A stretch of 44,934 nt of DNA from a virus (lineage: Duplodnaviria; Heunggongvirae; Uroviricota; Caudoviricetes). The DNA is taken from the IMG/VR virus record IMGVR_UViG_3300045988_006673, positions 1 to 44,934 of that record, one strand, 5' to 3'. Of this stretch, positions 1 through 8,185 are shown piece after piece. A model generated the notes under the pieces. It saw only the letters and a list, made by a program, of their open reading frames with translations, had not been told where the DNA came from and did not search any database. The translations under genes were made by a program, and so were the position numbers. Position 1 is the first letter of the stretch. The number at the start of each line of letters is the position of its first letter.

Positions 1-99
1 ACCGGATTGCAACTGGACTACCATGTCCTGCACCTGGAAGCCTACCTGCCCGGCGGCGTTACGGAACTTGGCAAAACCGTCGGAGGCCGCTTTAGACGT
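1..99. repeat. Terminal direct repeat, copy 1; exact duplicate of 44836..44934 (assembly overlap of a circular or circularly permuted genome)
   Basis: All 99 nt compared base by base are identical at both window ends; the repeat lies inside the tape measure coding frame. Confidence 0.9.
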
Positions 100-249
100 A
101 GCAGAGTTTACTTTATTAACATCCGGGGTCAGCTTGTTTACCGCGGTATCCGCGCGGTCGGCCGACGACGCCATGGCGTCAAGCTGTTTGGCAGCTACGT
201 CAGCACCTTCTGTTTTTACTCTGGCGATTAGGGAAGCCGTATCAGCCAT
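1..249 (-). CDS. Tail tape measure protein, N-terminal segment (ATG at 249..247); CDS wraps the window junction and continues at 44934 down to 42772
   Basis: Reverse-strand translation from 249 gives MADTASLIARVKTEGADVAAKQLDAMASS... and reads in frame through position 100 into the repeat and the 698-aa ORF at the window end; upstream chaperone stop overlaps the start (ATGGCTGA). Confidence 0.8.
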   Translation of the reverse strand, partial: MADTASLIARVKTEGADVAAKQLDAMASSADRADTAVNKLTPDVNKVNSATSKAASDGFAKFRNAAGQVGFQVQDMVVQLQSG

Positions 250-514
250 CTTCTCTGCCCTCAAATATTCCGTCTAAGCCCATGATAACCTCGGCTTCGA
301 ACAAACTTATGCCGTAACCGGCGACATCACGAAACGCTACCAAATCTTGCCATTTGAGCGCATCGCGCGGGATTATAACGATAGTATCATCTGTTTCGCG
401 CTGTAGGAATTTAATGGCACGGTATTTCTCGAACACGTCGATAAGAGAAACGGGGCATTCTGGCCCCGTCGCTTCTTTCATCTGCGGTTCTTTAATCACG
501 CCCATTGCAATCAA
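242..514 (-). CDS. Tail assembly chaperone, -1 frame extension (T part of a G/GT pair)
   Basis: ORF directly upstream of tape measure, -1 frame relative to 604..1020 and open across its stop (frame open from 628); canonical G/GT arrangement. Confidence 0.5.
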   Translation of the reverse strand: MIAMGVIKEPQMKEATGPECPVSLIDVFEKYRAIKFLQRETDDTIVIIPRDALKWQDLVAFRDVAGYGISLFEAEVIMGLDGIFEGREDG

Positions 515-603
515 AGCCGCCTGGTGGCCCGCCGCGATGTCGTCAAATTGCTTACGCTTGTGACGGTCAACAAAACACCATTGCGCAAACTCATACAGCG
601 CTT

Positions 604-1020
604 TTACTTTTCCGAGAGTTTCTCCCGGCTATCGGTGTGGTGCTTAACTACGGCTTCTGCCAACCCACTGTACTGGTCAAACAGGTTAGCCAGCGCCTCT
701 TTGCTGAATGGTTCGTCGAATGACCAACCGGTGACAATTTCCACGGCAAGCTGCTTGTTCAGGTCCATAACCCGCCAGCCCTTCTCATCGTTATAGCGCG
801 CCCAGTTATTCAATGCCTCGCACTCTTTATCTAATGGCGCAAGTTCTTCCGTAAGGCGTCGAATTGCCGTTGTGTAGGCGCGGCCTGCGCGAACGCCGGC
901 ATCGCAGTCTGGGCCGATGACTTGCAACCATTCGCCGGAGTCTTTGCCACTTGGAAGAAGGATGGGCATTTTAGTGCCCGCAGCGTGTCGGTCAGCAAAA
1001 TAAAAATCAGAAAGTTTCAT
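604..1020 (-). CDS. Tail assembly chaperone (gpG-like)
   Basis: 138-aa ORF between major tail and tape measure genes; followed by overlapping -1 frame ORF. Confidence 0.55.
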   Translation of the reverse strand: MKLSDFYFADRHAAGTKMPILLPSGKDSGEWLQVIGPDCDAGVRAGRAYTTAIRRLTEELAPLDKECEALNNWARYNDEKGWRVMDLNKQLAVEIVTGWSFDEPFSKEALANLFDQYSGLAEAVVKHHTDSREKLSEK

Positions 1021-1127
1021 TCTTTAATCCTTTGGTTAAGAGGTTACAGGTTAAGGTTGACGCGCCAGACGGGAACCACCCGCTTTTCGTGTGCGACACT
1101 AGGCGCAAACTTATTCTAACACACTAC

Positions 1128-1156
1128 TTGCGCACCCCAATATAATAGGGTACTAT
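1128..1156 (+). promoter_or_regulatory. Class I promoter-like element P1: TTGCGC-N17-TACTAT with conserved spacer ACCCCAATATAATAGGG
   Basis: Sigma70-like -35/-10 at 17-bp spacing, about 30 bp upstream of the 1185 start; near-identical copies at 10837, 12992 and (minus strand) 21657 and 23429. Confidence 0.5.
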
Positions 1157-1184
1157 TCACCTGTAACCTACTGAGGAAACAATT

Positions 1185-1511
1185 ATGCGTAAATTAGTAT
1201 TAGCTCTGGGGTTTATGTCTTTTGCCGCTTTTGGGTCCCCGTGCGAACAGGTATTTAGTGAATCTGTTCTTATGACTTCTGGTGTGCTTGAGAAAGCCGA
1301 CCCTACTATTGTAAAGGCGTTCAAGGACTCTACAGTTCGCGAGTGTGAGGCCGCCGTGGAGGTTGGTAAATCGGGCCTACCCCCGCAAGCCGTAACCTAC
1401 ACAGTGATACGTTCGGTAGAGAAAAACGGAGATGCTTTCTATAGCCTACTGACAGCCACCCGTCTGCAAATGGTAATGACAGGGTGGGCGATGGGCGCAG
1501 AAAGTAAATAG
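1185..1511 (+). CDS. Small secreted protein (Sec signal peptide MRKLVLALGFMSFAAFG), function unknown
   Basis: ATG preceded by GAGGAAAC RBS; hydrophobic N-terminal signal; first gene of plus-strand cassette inside the tail module. Confidence 0.5.
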   Translation: MRKLVLALGFMSFAAFGSPCEQVFSESVLMTSGVLEKADPTIVKAFKDSTVRECEAAVEVGKSGLPPQAVTYTVIRSVEKNGDAFYSLLTATRLQMVMTGWAMGAESK

Positions 1512-1576
1512 TTGCCTTTATTTAAAGGAATCCACTGTGGTTAAATAGGACAAATCCTAAACACGAGGAAGTAAGC

Positions 1577-2707
1577 ATGGCCCAGAAGAAAATAACCGAC
1601 GAGCAGTTACAGGAAGAATTGAACGCCGGGATGAAGAATATCGATATAGCTCGTAAATACGGCATCTCCGACCGCGTTATTCGTATCCGTAAAGCGAAGC
1701 TGGCTAAGAAAGGTGTAGGCCACGGGCGTGACGTCAGTCACCTTGTACCGGACGGCTACAAGATTAAAGGCACGTCGTCGCTGGTTGATGAGTTCGGCAA
1801 CACTAAGTTGCAATGGGTTAAGACCGACACTGACGCCGAACGTCAGGTCGAGTTGATGAAAGCCGTAATTGAAGGCATGAAGTCGGAGATTACACCAGTT
1901 GCACCTGTTAAAGCGACTAGAGCCAAACGCGACGATAAACTACTCAATCTTTATACTGTGTCTGATTTCCATCTCGGTATGCTGGCATGGGCCGACGAGA
2001 GCGGAGATGACTGGGTCATGAAGATTGCAGAAGACCTGTTCTCTCGGTGGTTTGATGCCGCGTTTCAGAAAGCGCCTGACGCCGGAACAGGAGTTATTAA
2101 CCTGCTGGGCGACCTTGCGCACTTCGATAGTCTGGACGCCGTTACCCCCGCAAGTGGTCATGTTCTTGATGCGGACACGCGCTATCAGAAACTGGTACGC
2201 TACATGATTCGTATGGTACGTCGTGTTGTCGATATGGCCCTCGTTAAGCATAAAACTGTTCGCTTGCTTATCGTGCAAGGGAACCACGACGAAAGCGGAA
2301 TGATTTGGTTAGCTGAGATGTTCAGCACGCTATATGACAATGAGCCGCGTGTGTTCGTCGATACGTCTCCAGATGTTTACAAGATGGTGCAACACGGCAA
2401 AACGACATTGTTCTTTCACCACGGGCATAAAGCACGCTTCGACGCTATCGAACCGGTTATGATTGCCAAGTTCCGCAAAGCGTTCGGCGAGAGCGTTTAT
2501 AGCTACGCCCACGTGGGTCACCTGCACCACCAAAAGATTGTAGAAAGCCGTAACATGATTGTTGAGCAACACCGCACTCTCGCGGCTAAAGATGCATATG
2601 CCTCCCGCGGTGGGTGGATGTCGGGCCGCAGTGCAAATGTAATTACTTATAGCGCCGAATATGGCGAGGTCGCACGTTTAACTATTTCACCGGAGATGCT
2701 GGGATGA
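1577..2707 (+). CDS. Calcineurin-like metallophosphoesterase with N-terminal HTH-like region
   Basis: Motifs SDFH, GDLAHFD, GNHDE, HHGH typical of binuclear metallophosphoesterases; N-terminal 50 aa resembles a DNA-binding HTH; RBS CGAGGAAG. Confidence 0.6.
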   Translation: MAQKKITDEQLQEELNAGMKNIDIARKYGISDRVIRIRKAKLAKKGVGHGRDVSHLVPDGYKIKGTSSLVDEFGNTKLQWVKTDTDAERQVELMKAVIEGMKSEITPVAPVKATRAKRDDKLLNLYTVSDFHLGMLAWADESGDDWVMKIAEDLFSRWFDAAFQKAPDAGTGVINLLGDLAHFDSLDAVTPASGHVLDADTRYQKLVRYMIRMVRRVVDMALVKHKTVRLLIVQGNHDESGMIWLAEMFSTLYDNEPRVFVDTSPDVYKMVQHGKTTLFFHHGHKARFDAIEPVMIAKFRKAFGESVYSYAHVGHLHHQKIVESRNMIVEQHRTLAAKDAYASRGGWMSGRSANVITYSAEYGEVARLTISPEMLG

Positions 2708-3192
2708 AAGATATTGTGATTTTCGATTTAGATGGAACACTGGCGGATGGTACTCATCGTTTACATCTGCTGCCGAAAGATAACTACGGCGAAACCTGGG
2801 CGTGGAAGCCTTTTAACATGGCCTGTAAAGATGATGCGCCGATATATGACAACATTCACTTGTGCAACACACTGTGGCATACAGGGATGATCGTAATCAT
2901 CCTTACTGGGCGCAGTGATGATGCTGAGGATGAGACTCGTAAATGGTTGCAAGAAAATAACGTTAAGTTTGACACGCTGATAATGCGCAGCAAACACGAC
3001 AACAGAAAAGACATCGTAATTAAAGAAGAGGTGTTGCGTGCTATCGGGCTGGAGAGAATATTGTGTGCATTCGACGACTCGCCCGTGGTAATAAAGCATT
3101 TCCGCGGCCTCGGTATAACCACGCACGCGGTTACTGAATACGACTGTAACGGGAACTCTACACACTTAAAATCACACGGGAGTGATAAATAA
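2704..3192 (+). CDS. HAD-family phosphatase resembling the 3'-phosphatase domain of T4 polynucleotide kinase
   Basis: IVIFDLDGTLA (DxDGT nucleophile motif), TGR, RKDIVIKEE and DDSPVV blocks line up with remembered T4 Pnk C-terminal domain; start overlaps upstream stop (ATGA). Confidence 0.65.
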   Translation: MKDIVIFDLDGTLADGTHRLHLLPKDNYGETWAWKPFNMACKDDAPIYDNIHLCNTLWHTGMIVIILTGRSDDAEDETRKWLQENNVKFDTLIMRSKHDNRKDIVIKEEVLRAIGLERILCAFDDSPVVIKHFRGLGITTHAVTEYDCNGNSTHLKSHGSDK

Positions 3193-3746
3193 TGGCTAAG
3201 GTAATTATTCTTAATGGCCCGGCGGGCTGCGGGAAAGACACACTTGCTATGGCGCTGGTAGAAAGGGGCTTTGCAAAGGGCGCCGCCAGTTTCAAGAATC
3301 CAATGTTCAATATTGCTATGGCTGCGTTAGGTCCGGATGCTTACCACGAGTTTCTCGACGGCTACGACGACCGGGCCCGGAAAGAAAAGCCAGAGGGTTT
3401 CCTTAATGGGTTGTCTCGGCGTCAGTTCATGATCGCCATTTCTGAGCAATTCATTAAACCGGTATTCGGTGACGATTATTTCGGTAAGTATCTTGCCGGA
3501 AGATTGCCCGACGGCAACGAAGTTTTTGTAGTGTCCGACGGGGGATTCGCCAGTGAAGTTGCCCCTATCGTTGCCGTCGGGCATGACGTGCGAATCGTTC
3601 GCCTTCATCGTGACGGCTATACGTTTGAGGGGGACAGCCGTGGTTATCTGTATGGCGTTGATGGTGTAAAAGATTACGACACCTACATCATACCGGGTGA
3701 CGTTAAATCGAACGTTATAGACATTGCTTTAAAATTAGGTTTGTAA
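3192..3746 (+). CDS. P-loop nucleotide kinase, most similar to T4 gp1 deoxynucleoside monophosphate kinase
   Basis: Walker A GPAGCGKDT; blocks FKNPMFNIAMAALG and SRRQFMIAISEQF resemble gp1 substrate-binding regions; TAATG overlap with upstream gene. Confidence 0.6.
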   Translation: MAKVIILNGPAGCGKDTLAMALVERGFAKGAASFKNPMFNIAMAALGPDAYHEFLDGYDDRARKEKPEGFLNGLSRRQFMIAISEQFIKPVFGDDYFGKYLAGRLPDGNEVFVVSDGGFASEVAPIVAVGHDVRIVRLHRDGYTFEGDSRGYLYGVDGVKDYDTYIIPGDVKSNVIDIALKLGL

Positions 3747-3754
3747 GAAAAAAA

Positions 3755-3780
3755 AAGGCCCCGAAAGGGGCCTTAGTTTT
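3755..3780. terminator. Bidirectional rho-independent terminator (AAGGCCCC-GAAA-GGGGCCTT flanked by A and T runs)
   Basis: Perfect 8-bp GC stem with GAAA loop between convergent genes ending at 3746 (+) and 3779 (-). Confidence 0.7.
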
Positions 3781-4945
3781 ATGCGTAGCTAATACGCTGT
3801 ATTACAATAGAAGATTGATATTGATTGCCTGTGGACTGTCCTTCTATGCTCTGAGTGATTGACTCTGGCCCCCCAATCTCTGGTGTAACCGCCGTAAGTT
3901 CGGCACGTTTCAGGCTGAAAGACATAGCCCCGTTTACCCCCGCCAGAATAGAGTTAATCTCTACCTGCTGTTCGTTGATAAACTTCTGAATCATCGCCAT
4001 GTCGTACAGCTTGCCAGAGATGGAGAAGGTGTTAGCCGCGCGGCTACGCTCCACAAACGCAACGTTAGTGTTGCCGAGTTCGAACTGTGCGGACGCGCTG
4101 TTATCGTTGGTAATGGTCAAACTGTCGCAACGCAACGGCGTAGAGCCGTCAAACACGGAAACGTCAACCGAGGAGAATGGCTCGTCACCAAACGTAACAG
4201 ATGAGAAGTTGGAACCGGTCGGCGGCGTGGTGAGAATCTCCTGACTGCGACCGATGAATGGGAAGCTGCCAGTTACCATCGCGTTAACAGCCTGTTCGAT
4301 GGTAAACCCAGAAACTTCCACGCCTTTGGTTAACGTGTACGCGTCAGTGCCGCCGCACTGGCCTTTGTACCAGGTAAGGATAGAGAACGTCTTACACGTA
4401 TTACCGGTTTCCAGCGTGTCGCCAGTTTTAGCCTTACTAGTTTTTGTCTCGGCGGTCAGGGTGTGTTGGATGCCCGCACCAGTAACAACCGTAGCCGTTA
4501 CTGCAGTAACAATAAATGGTTTTGCGTTATCGCCTGTTAAATCGGTAAACGCAATCAGGTCGCCTACCCCAACTCCGTCAGTGATAAAGCTGCCGGTGGC
4601 ACGGGTAAAGGTCTTGCCTGCAGGCGCGACGGTAATTGATAGCCCGGTCAGAGAACTACCGGATTGCCATGTAGAGCCTAAAGCACCCGCCAGCCAGTCG
4701 TCCTGGCTTTTCGAGCTAAGCTCAATAGCGTATTCTCCGCTAACCTGCTTGTTACCGGTGCGGATTGACGTAGTTTCACGGCTGCCGTCCAGTTCGTTGG
4801 AGGTCAGCGTGTCGCGGGTAATGGCAGGAACGCCACCTGTGTTACGCAATGGCGCCCAGACCGGGTTAGTCGGTGTTACGCCAGGGGTAGTTTCTGCCAC
4901 ATAGAATTGCGCAGTATTCGCGCCCTTAAAAGGAGTTGTAGCCAT
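3779..4945 (-). CDS. Major tail (tube) protein, putative, possibly with C-terminal Ig-like extension
   Basis: Position immediately upstream (in transcription) of the chaperone and tape measure genes; ATG at 4945 with AAGAGG RBS; Thr/Gly/Ser-rich. Confidence 0.55.
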   Translation of the reverse strand: MATTPFKGANTAQFYVAETTPGVTPTNPVWAPLRNTGGVPAITRDTLTSNELDGSRETTSIRTGNKQVSGEYAIELSSKSQDDWLAGALGSTWQSGSSLTGLSITVAPAGKTFTRATGSFITDGVGVGDLIAFTDLTGDNAKPFIVTAVTATVVTGAGIQHTLTAETKTSKAKTGDTLETGNTCKTFSILTWYKGQCGGTDAYTLTKGVEVSGFTIEQAVNAMVTGSFPFIGRSQEILTTPPTGSNFSSVTFGDEPFSSVDVSVFDGSTPLRCDSLTITNDNSASAQFELGNTNVAFVERSRAANTFSISGKLYDMAMIQKFINEQQVEINSILAGVNGAMSFSLKRAELTAVTPEIGGPESITQSIEGQSTGNQYQSSIVIQRISYA

Positions 4946-4947
4946 AT

Positions 4948-5364
4948 TCACAGCCTCTTGGTGAATGCAATAAAGTTAATTGACAATGGTCGTTTGGCCC
5001 ATCCGTTTTCTACAATCAGCGGCCCCAGGCTAACCGATTGAACCTCGGCGCAGATGTCGTTACGAGAAAATGACTTACCTGCTTTGAATGCCGTGTTAAG
5101 TAAGTCTGCCATTTTATTGATTGGCGCGCTACCTTTCACCGATGCGTAGTTAATGTCGACCTGATAAACACCAGCGCGTTGTTCCGTGAAGAACAAATCT
5201 GCTTGCTCGGTATCCGCCAGTAACATGTAACTTGCCAGATATGGCGTATCGGTTGACGTCGGCGCGTCGATGTTTTCAAGCGCGACCTTGATGCCGTTGG
5301 CGGTTCCGAAGGCTACCAGCGGAACATCGAACGCTTTTGTTAAGTCCTCAAAGTAGCCCATCAT
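4948..5364 (-). CDS. Tail terminator / tail completion protein, putative
   Basis: 138-aa ORF immediately before major tail gene in operon order. Confidence 0.4.
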   Translation of the reverse strand: MMGYFEDLTKAFDVPLVAFGTANGIKVALENIDAPTSTDTPYLASYMLLADTEQADLFFTEQRAGVYQVDINYASVKGSAPINKMADLLNTAFKAGKSFSRNDICAEVQSVSLGPLIVENGWAKRPLSINFIAFTKRL

Positions 5365-5756
5365 TTCACCTTGTTGGCTTCTTCGTTAATGAGTTGCTGG
5401 AAGCGAGACACGTTAGTCCTGACCATACCTTGTGGCGCCTGTTGCGACCAACCGTACTCCAGCCGTTGGGCATACGGCAGATTATTAGTAAGCGTAAACT
5501 CGTGCCAGTCTGCGGCTTTCAGTACGAAACTTGTAGCGTTTCCGATTGCTATGTTTCCTGATTTATCTGTAGCATCCGCAACCCCTGAAGCAGGAGTACC
5601 GCCAGACGCCATCCAGTTCATACGAAAGCGACCAGTATCTACCGGACTCTCCTTTATGATAGCGGAAAACAGCTTAATAGACACCTGGCGCATCACCTTC
5701 TCAGGGTTCTTCTTCGCCTTTTCCACGAACTTAGAGACGTCAAGCGCGAAACTCAT
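5361..5756 (-). CDS. Neck / tail attachment protein (HK97 gp10-like), putative
   Basis: Size and position; RFRMNW and LEYGW motifs reminiscent of HK97 gp10 family. Confidence 0.4.
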   Translation of the reverse strand: MSFALDVSKFVEKAKKNPEKVMRQVSIKLFSAIIKESPVDTGRFRMNWMASGGTPASGVADATDKSGNIAIGNATSFVLKAADWHEFTLTNNLPYAQRLEYGWSQQAPQGMVRTNVSRFQQLINEEANKVK

Positions 5757-6166
5757 TTTCTCACCTGAATAAAGTAGGCCACGACATCATCGTTAACCAT
5801 CTTCTTCTCGATAGCTACGACCGACCATTGCTCGCCGCCGAATTGCACCTTGTCTTCCATCTTCGGAACGACGCTGCAATCCGCTTTAACAATCATGTCG
5901 CCAGCCTGAATCGTCGTACCGTTCACCAGTCCCGCGTTTACCGGAACCGGAACGGACTTCAACGGCAACACTTCATCTGCAGACCAGACGTACTCACCGA
6001 GAACTTCATCCCACACTTTCGAGCCAACGCGGACGAGAGATAACGTGCTGCCGAATTTGGTTAGCAGGCGCGTTCCAACGCCTTGCATACGCTTACTGAA
6101 AGCGGTGCTCATCAGGCGGCCTCCAGTCTCGAGATAACCAGTAATGCCGACGGTGCTGTGCCCCAT
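5753..6166 (-). CDS. Head closure / head-tail adaptor protein, putative
   Basis: 137-aa ORF in connector region; start uncertain (overlaps upstream ORF by 55 nt). Confidence 0.4.
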   Translation of the reverse strand: MGHSTVGITGYLETGGRLMSTAFSKRMQGVGTRLLTKFGSTLSLVRVGSKVWDEVLGEYVWSADEVLPLKSVPVPVNAGLVNGTTIQAGDMIVKADCSVVPKMEDKVQFGGEQWSVVAIEKKMVNDDVVAYFIQVRK

Positions 6167-6726
6167 GCGGTTACGGTAGCTGCTTGCGGGTATACGCCGC
6201 CGTAGTTGCTTCCGGCGCTATCCCGCATAATCTGAACGGCAAACGTCTGGCCTGCTGCAGGGTTAATAACGACGCGGGATTCAATCGGGATTGTTATATC
6301 GGCGCTGACTAGTTTTGTAGCGGCGGGGGACCCGTACTGAGAACCGTTCAGAAGAATGCGCGATAACATGATAGATGTCCCGCTAGCGCCCGTGCGCCCC
6401 GCCTGCAACTTGATGCGAACGGCGTAGTTACCCGCAGTGTTGAACGTAACAAGCCCTGCGGCATTAATCATTACCGGGTCCGACGCGATACCCTGCGCGG
6501 AGCCGAAAGTTAACTGCAACGCCGTATCTACTGCGGAAGGCGTTTGTGTTACGGTAGACGCAGCACGGAGAACTTCAACCTCTTTAACACCCGGAGTGGC
6601 GTAAATAGGTGAGTCCGCCATCTGTGTCATTACTTCGCGTAACTTCTCGGGTGTGATAAGCCCGGTGGTGTTATCGGGAAGGTTCGCTCCGATAAGGGTA
6701 AACATCTCTGTTTTAGTCTTCGCCAT
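6112..6726 (-). CDS. Virion structural protein of the head-tail joining region, function unknown
   Basis: 204-aa ORF between connector and head closure genes; translationally coupled. Confidence 0.35.
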   Translation of the reverse strand: MAKTKTEMFTLIGANLPDNTTGLITPEKLREVMTQMADSPIYATPGVKEVEVLRAASTVTQTPSAVDTALQLTFGSAQGIASDPVMINAAGLVTFNTAGNYAVRIKLQAGRTGASGTSIMLSRILLNGSQYGSPAATKLVSADITIPIESRVVINPAAGQTFAVQIMRDSAGSNYGGVYPQAATVTAWGTAPSALLVISRLEAA

Positions 6727-6728
6727 TT

Positions 6729-7241
6729 TTAACCCCGGTACACGTTAAACGAGAAGCCATTGTTAAGACCACCACACAGTAACGGGCGTAAGGCGTCGTC
6801 AGCAGCGGTAATGGCAGTTGTAGCTCCACTGCTGCCGTTGTTGAAGTACGTCACTGTCACAGCACCCTCAACACGCTCAGTCTGCACAGAACGACCGTCT
6901 GAGTTAGCCCGCACCTCAGTACCGGCACCATATGTAGCGGCGGCGATTACCTGCGCAAGAATAACCTGCTTCGGAATGGCGTTGTTAGCCGCCGGGAAGC
7001 CGTTTAACGTAACACCGGTGCGCGGGTACGCCAGAGACTGTTCAGCGGATACGCGACGCCCACACATCTGCGGTTCCGCGAGCCCGACATATGTAGCGCC
7101 ATTGCGCAGGGCTACTTCTGCAGCGGTATCGTCGGTGGGCAACTCCAGACCGTAATTAGCCGCTAACGCGCGGGCGTCAGCCAGACTAATGTAGCTGTCG
7201 GCATTCGGGACGATTGCCCCAGTTTCCACGATTAGCGGCAT
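6729..7241 (-). CDS. Head-tail connector protein (gp6-like), putative
   Basis: 170 aa; N-terminal YISLADARALAANYG pattern typical of gp6-like connector proteins; position after capsid genes. Confidence 0.45.
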   Translation of the reverse strand: MPLIVETGAIVPNADSYISLADARALAANYGLELPTDDTAAEVALRNGATYVGLAEPQMCGRRVSAEQSLAYPRTGVTLNGFPAANNAIPKQVILAQVIAAATYGAGTEVRANSDGRSVQTERVEGAVTVTYFNNGSSGATTAITAADDALRPLLCGGLNNGFSFNVYRG

Positions 7242-7244
7242 AAA

Positions 7245-7424
7245 TTATTCCTCTGACTTACGGCGACGACGCTTAGTACCACCGCCGTTGTTGTGCGCTT
7301 CTTCATTGTCTGGTTGAGTCGCAACCAGTTCATCCGCCTCTACCACACCGCGAACAGGCATCACCTGACCGTCAACAATATCAACGTGGGTGTACTTTTC
7401 GCGGATTACATAATTATCTGCCAT
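7245..7424 (-). CDS. Small hypothetical protein (59 aa) with basic C-terminus GGGTKRRRRK
   Basis: ATG at 7424 preceded by AAGGAAAGG RBS; not in ORF track (<60 aa). Confidence 0.35.
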   Translation of the reverse strand: MADNYVIREKYTHVDIVDGQVMPVRGVVEADELVATQPDNEEAHNNGGGTKRRRRKSEE

Positions 7425-7440
7425 GACCTTTCCTTATTAC

Positions 7441-7456
7441 GGCCCCGAAGGGCCGT
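7441..7456. terminator. GC hairpin GGCCC-CGAA-GGGCC (intra-operon attenuator/terminator)
   Basis: Palindromic stem-loop between Ig-like gene end (7461) and downstream small ORF. Confidence 0.4.
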
Positions 7457-7460
7457 TGTA

Positions 7461-7814
7461 TTAAGACACAGTTGCTACGGTGCTGCTGGAGATAATATTA
7501 CCATACACATCGTGAACAACCACTTTATACGTGCCGGAGTCGGCAGACGCGACAGTGGTGGCTTTGGTGTACGTAGCTGAGGTAGCGCCTGCGATGACGT
7601 TGTTATTCTTATACCACTGATAAGAATATGGCTCCAGACCGCCAGTTACTGCGACGGTAAGAGTCAATGCGGCGGGTGCACTAACAGTGGTGGTAGCATT
7701 GAGTGGGGTAGAAAAAGATGCTGGTGAGATATTTGCCATGTCGATTTCTACCTGACCATCAGCCGGGGAGTCGTCAGAGACACCAGTAATGCGACGTTTA
7801 ATTACATCAACCAT
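7461..7814 (-). CDS. Ig-like domain protein (putative capsid decoration / accessory)
   Basis: YSYQWYKNNNVIAGATSATY...SGTYKVVV pattern typical of bacterial Ig-like domains; AAAGGAG RBS. Confidence 0.5.
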   Translation of the reverse strand: MVDVIKRRITGVSDDSPADGQVEIDMANISPASFSTPLNATTTVSAPAALTLTVAVTGGLEPYSYQWYKNNNVIAGATSATYTKATTVASADSGTYKVVVHDVYGNIISSSTVATVS

Positions 7815-7826
7815 TTTTAAGCTCCT

Positions 7827-8126
7827 TTAGCTTACAGTTCCCGCGTTTTTAAGCGCAGTCAACAGATTTGCTACGGTAGTACGCAGCGCGGTAACATCGG
7901 TTCGCAGTTTGTTGTACTCGGCTACAAGCGCGTCGAACTCGGCTTTAGTCGGTTCAGCAGCGGACTGCGCCCCAGCTGCGGCGGTAATGGCCGCGGGCGC
8001 AGCTACGGTAGCTGACTTTTTAACCCCACCAACTACGCTGGTAGTAGCAGGCGTGACTGGGATATCAAAGTCGCCGAAATCGACATTCTGAAGGCTGCGC
8101 GGCAAGCCTTTTCCGGTCTTGGCCAT
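7827..8126 (-). CDS. Small head-associated protein, function unknown (Ala-rich with C-terminal coiled coil)
   Basis: 99-aa ORF directly downstream of major capsid gene; AAGAGG RBS. Confidence 0.4.
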   Translation of the reverse strand: MAKTGKGLPRSLQNVDFGDFDIPVTPATTSVVGGVKKSATVAAPAAITAAAGAQSAAEPTKAEFDALVAEYNKLRTDVTALRTTVANLLTALKNAGTVS

Positions 8127-8185
8127 AATTTACCTCTTAGTAAATGAAAAGAGGGACCGAAGTCCCTCTCGATTATAGCTTAACC

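Noticed and set aside
1-99. 99-bp terminal repeat as a biological direct terminal repeat, cos site or insertion-element end
   Set aside because: The repeat sits in the middle of the tape measure coding sequence and restores its reading frame when the window is circularised, which fits an assembly overlap far better than a genuine genome terminus or a mobile element
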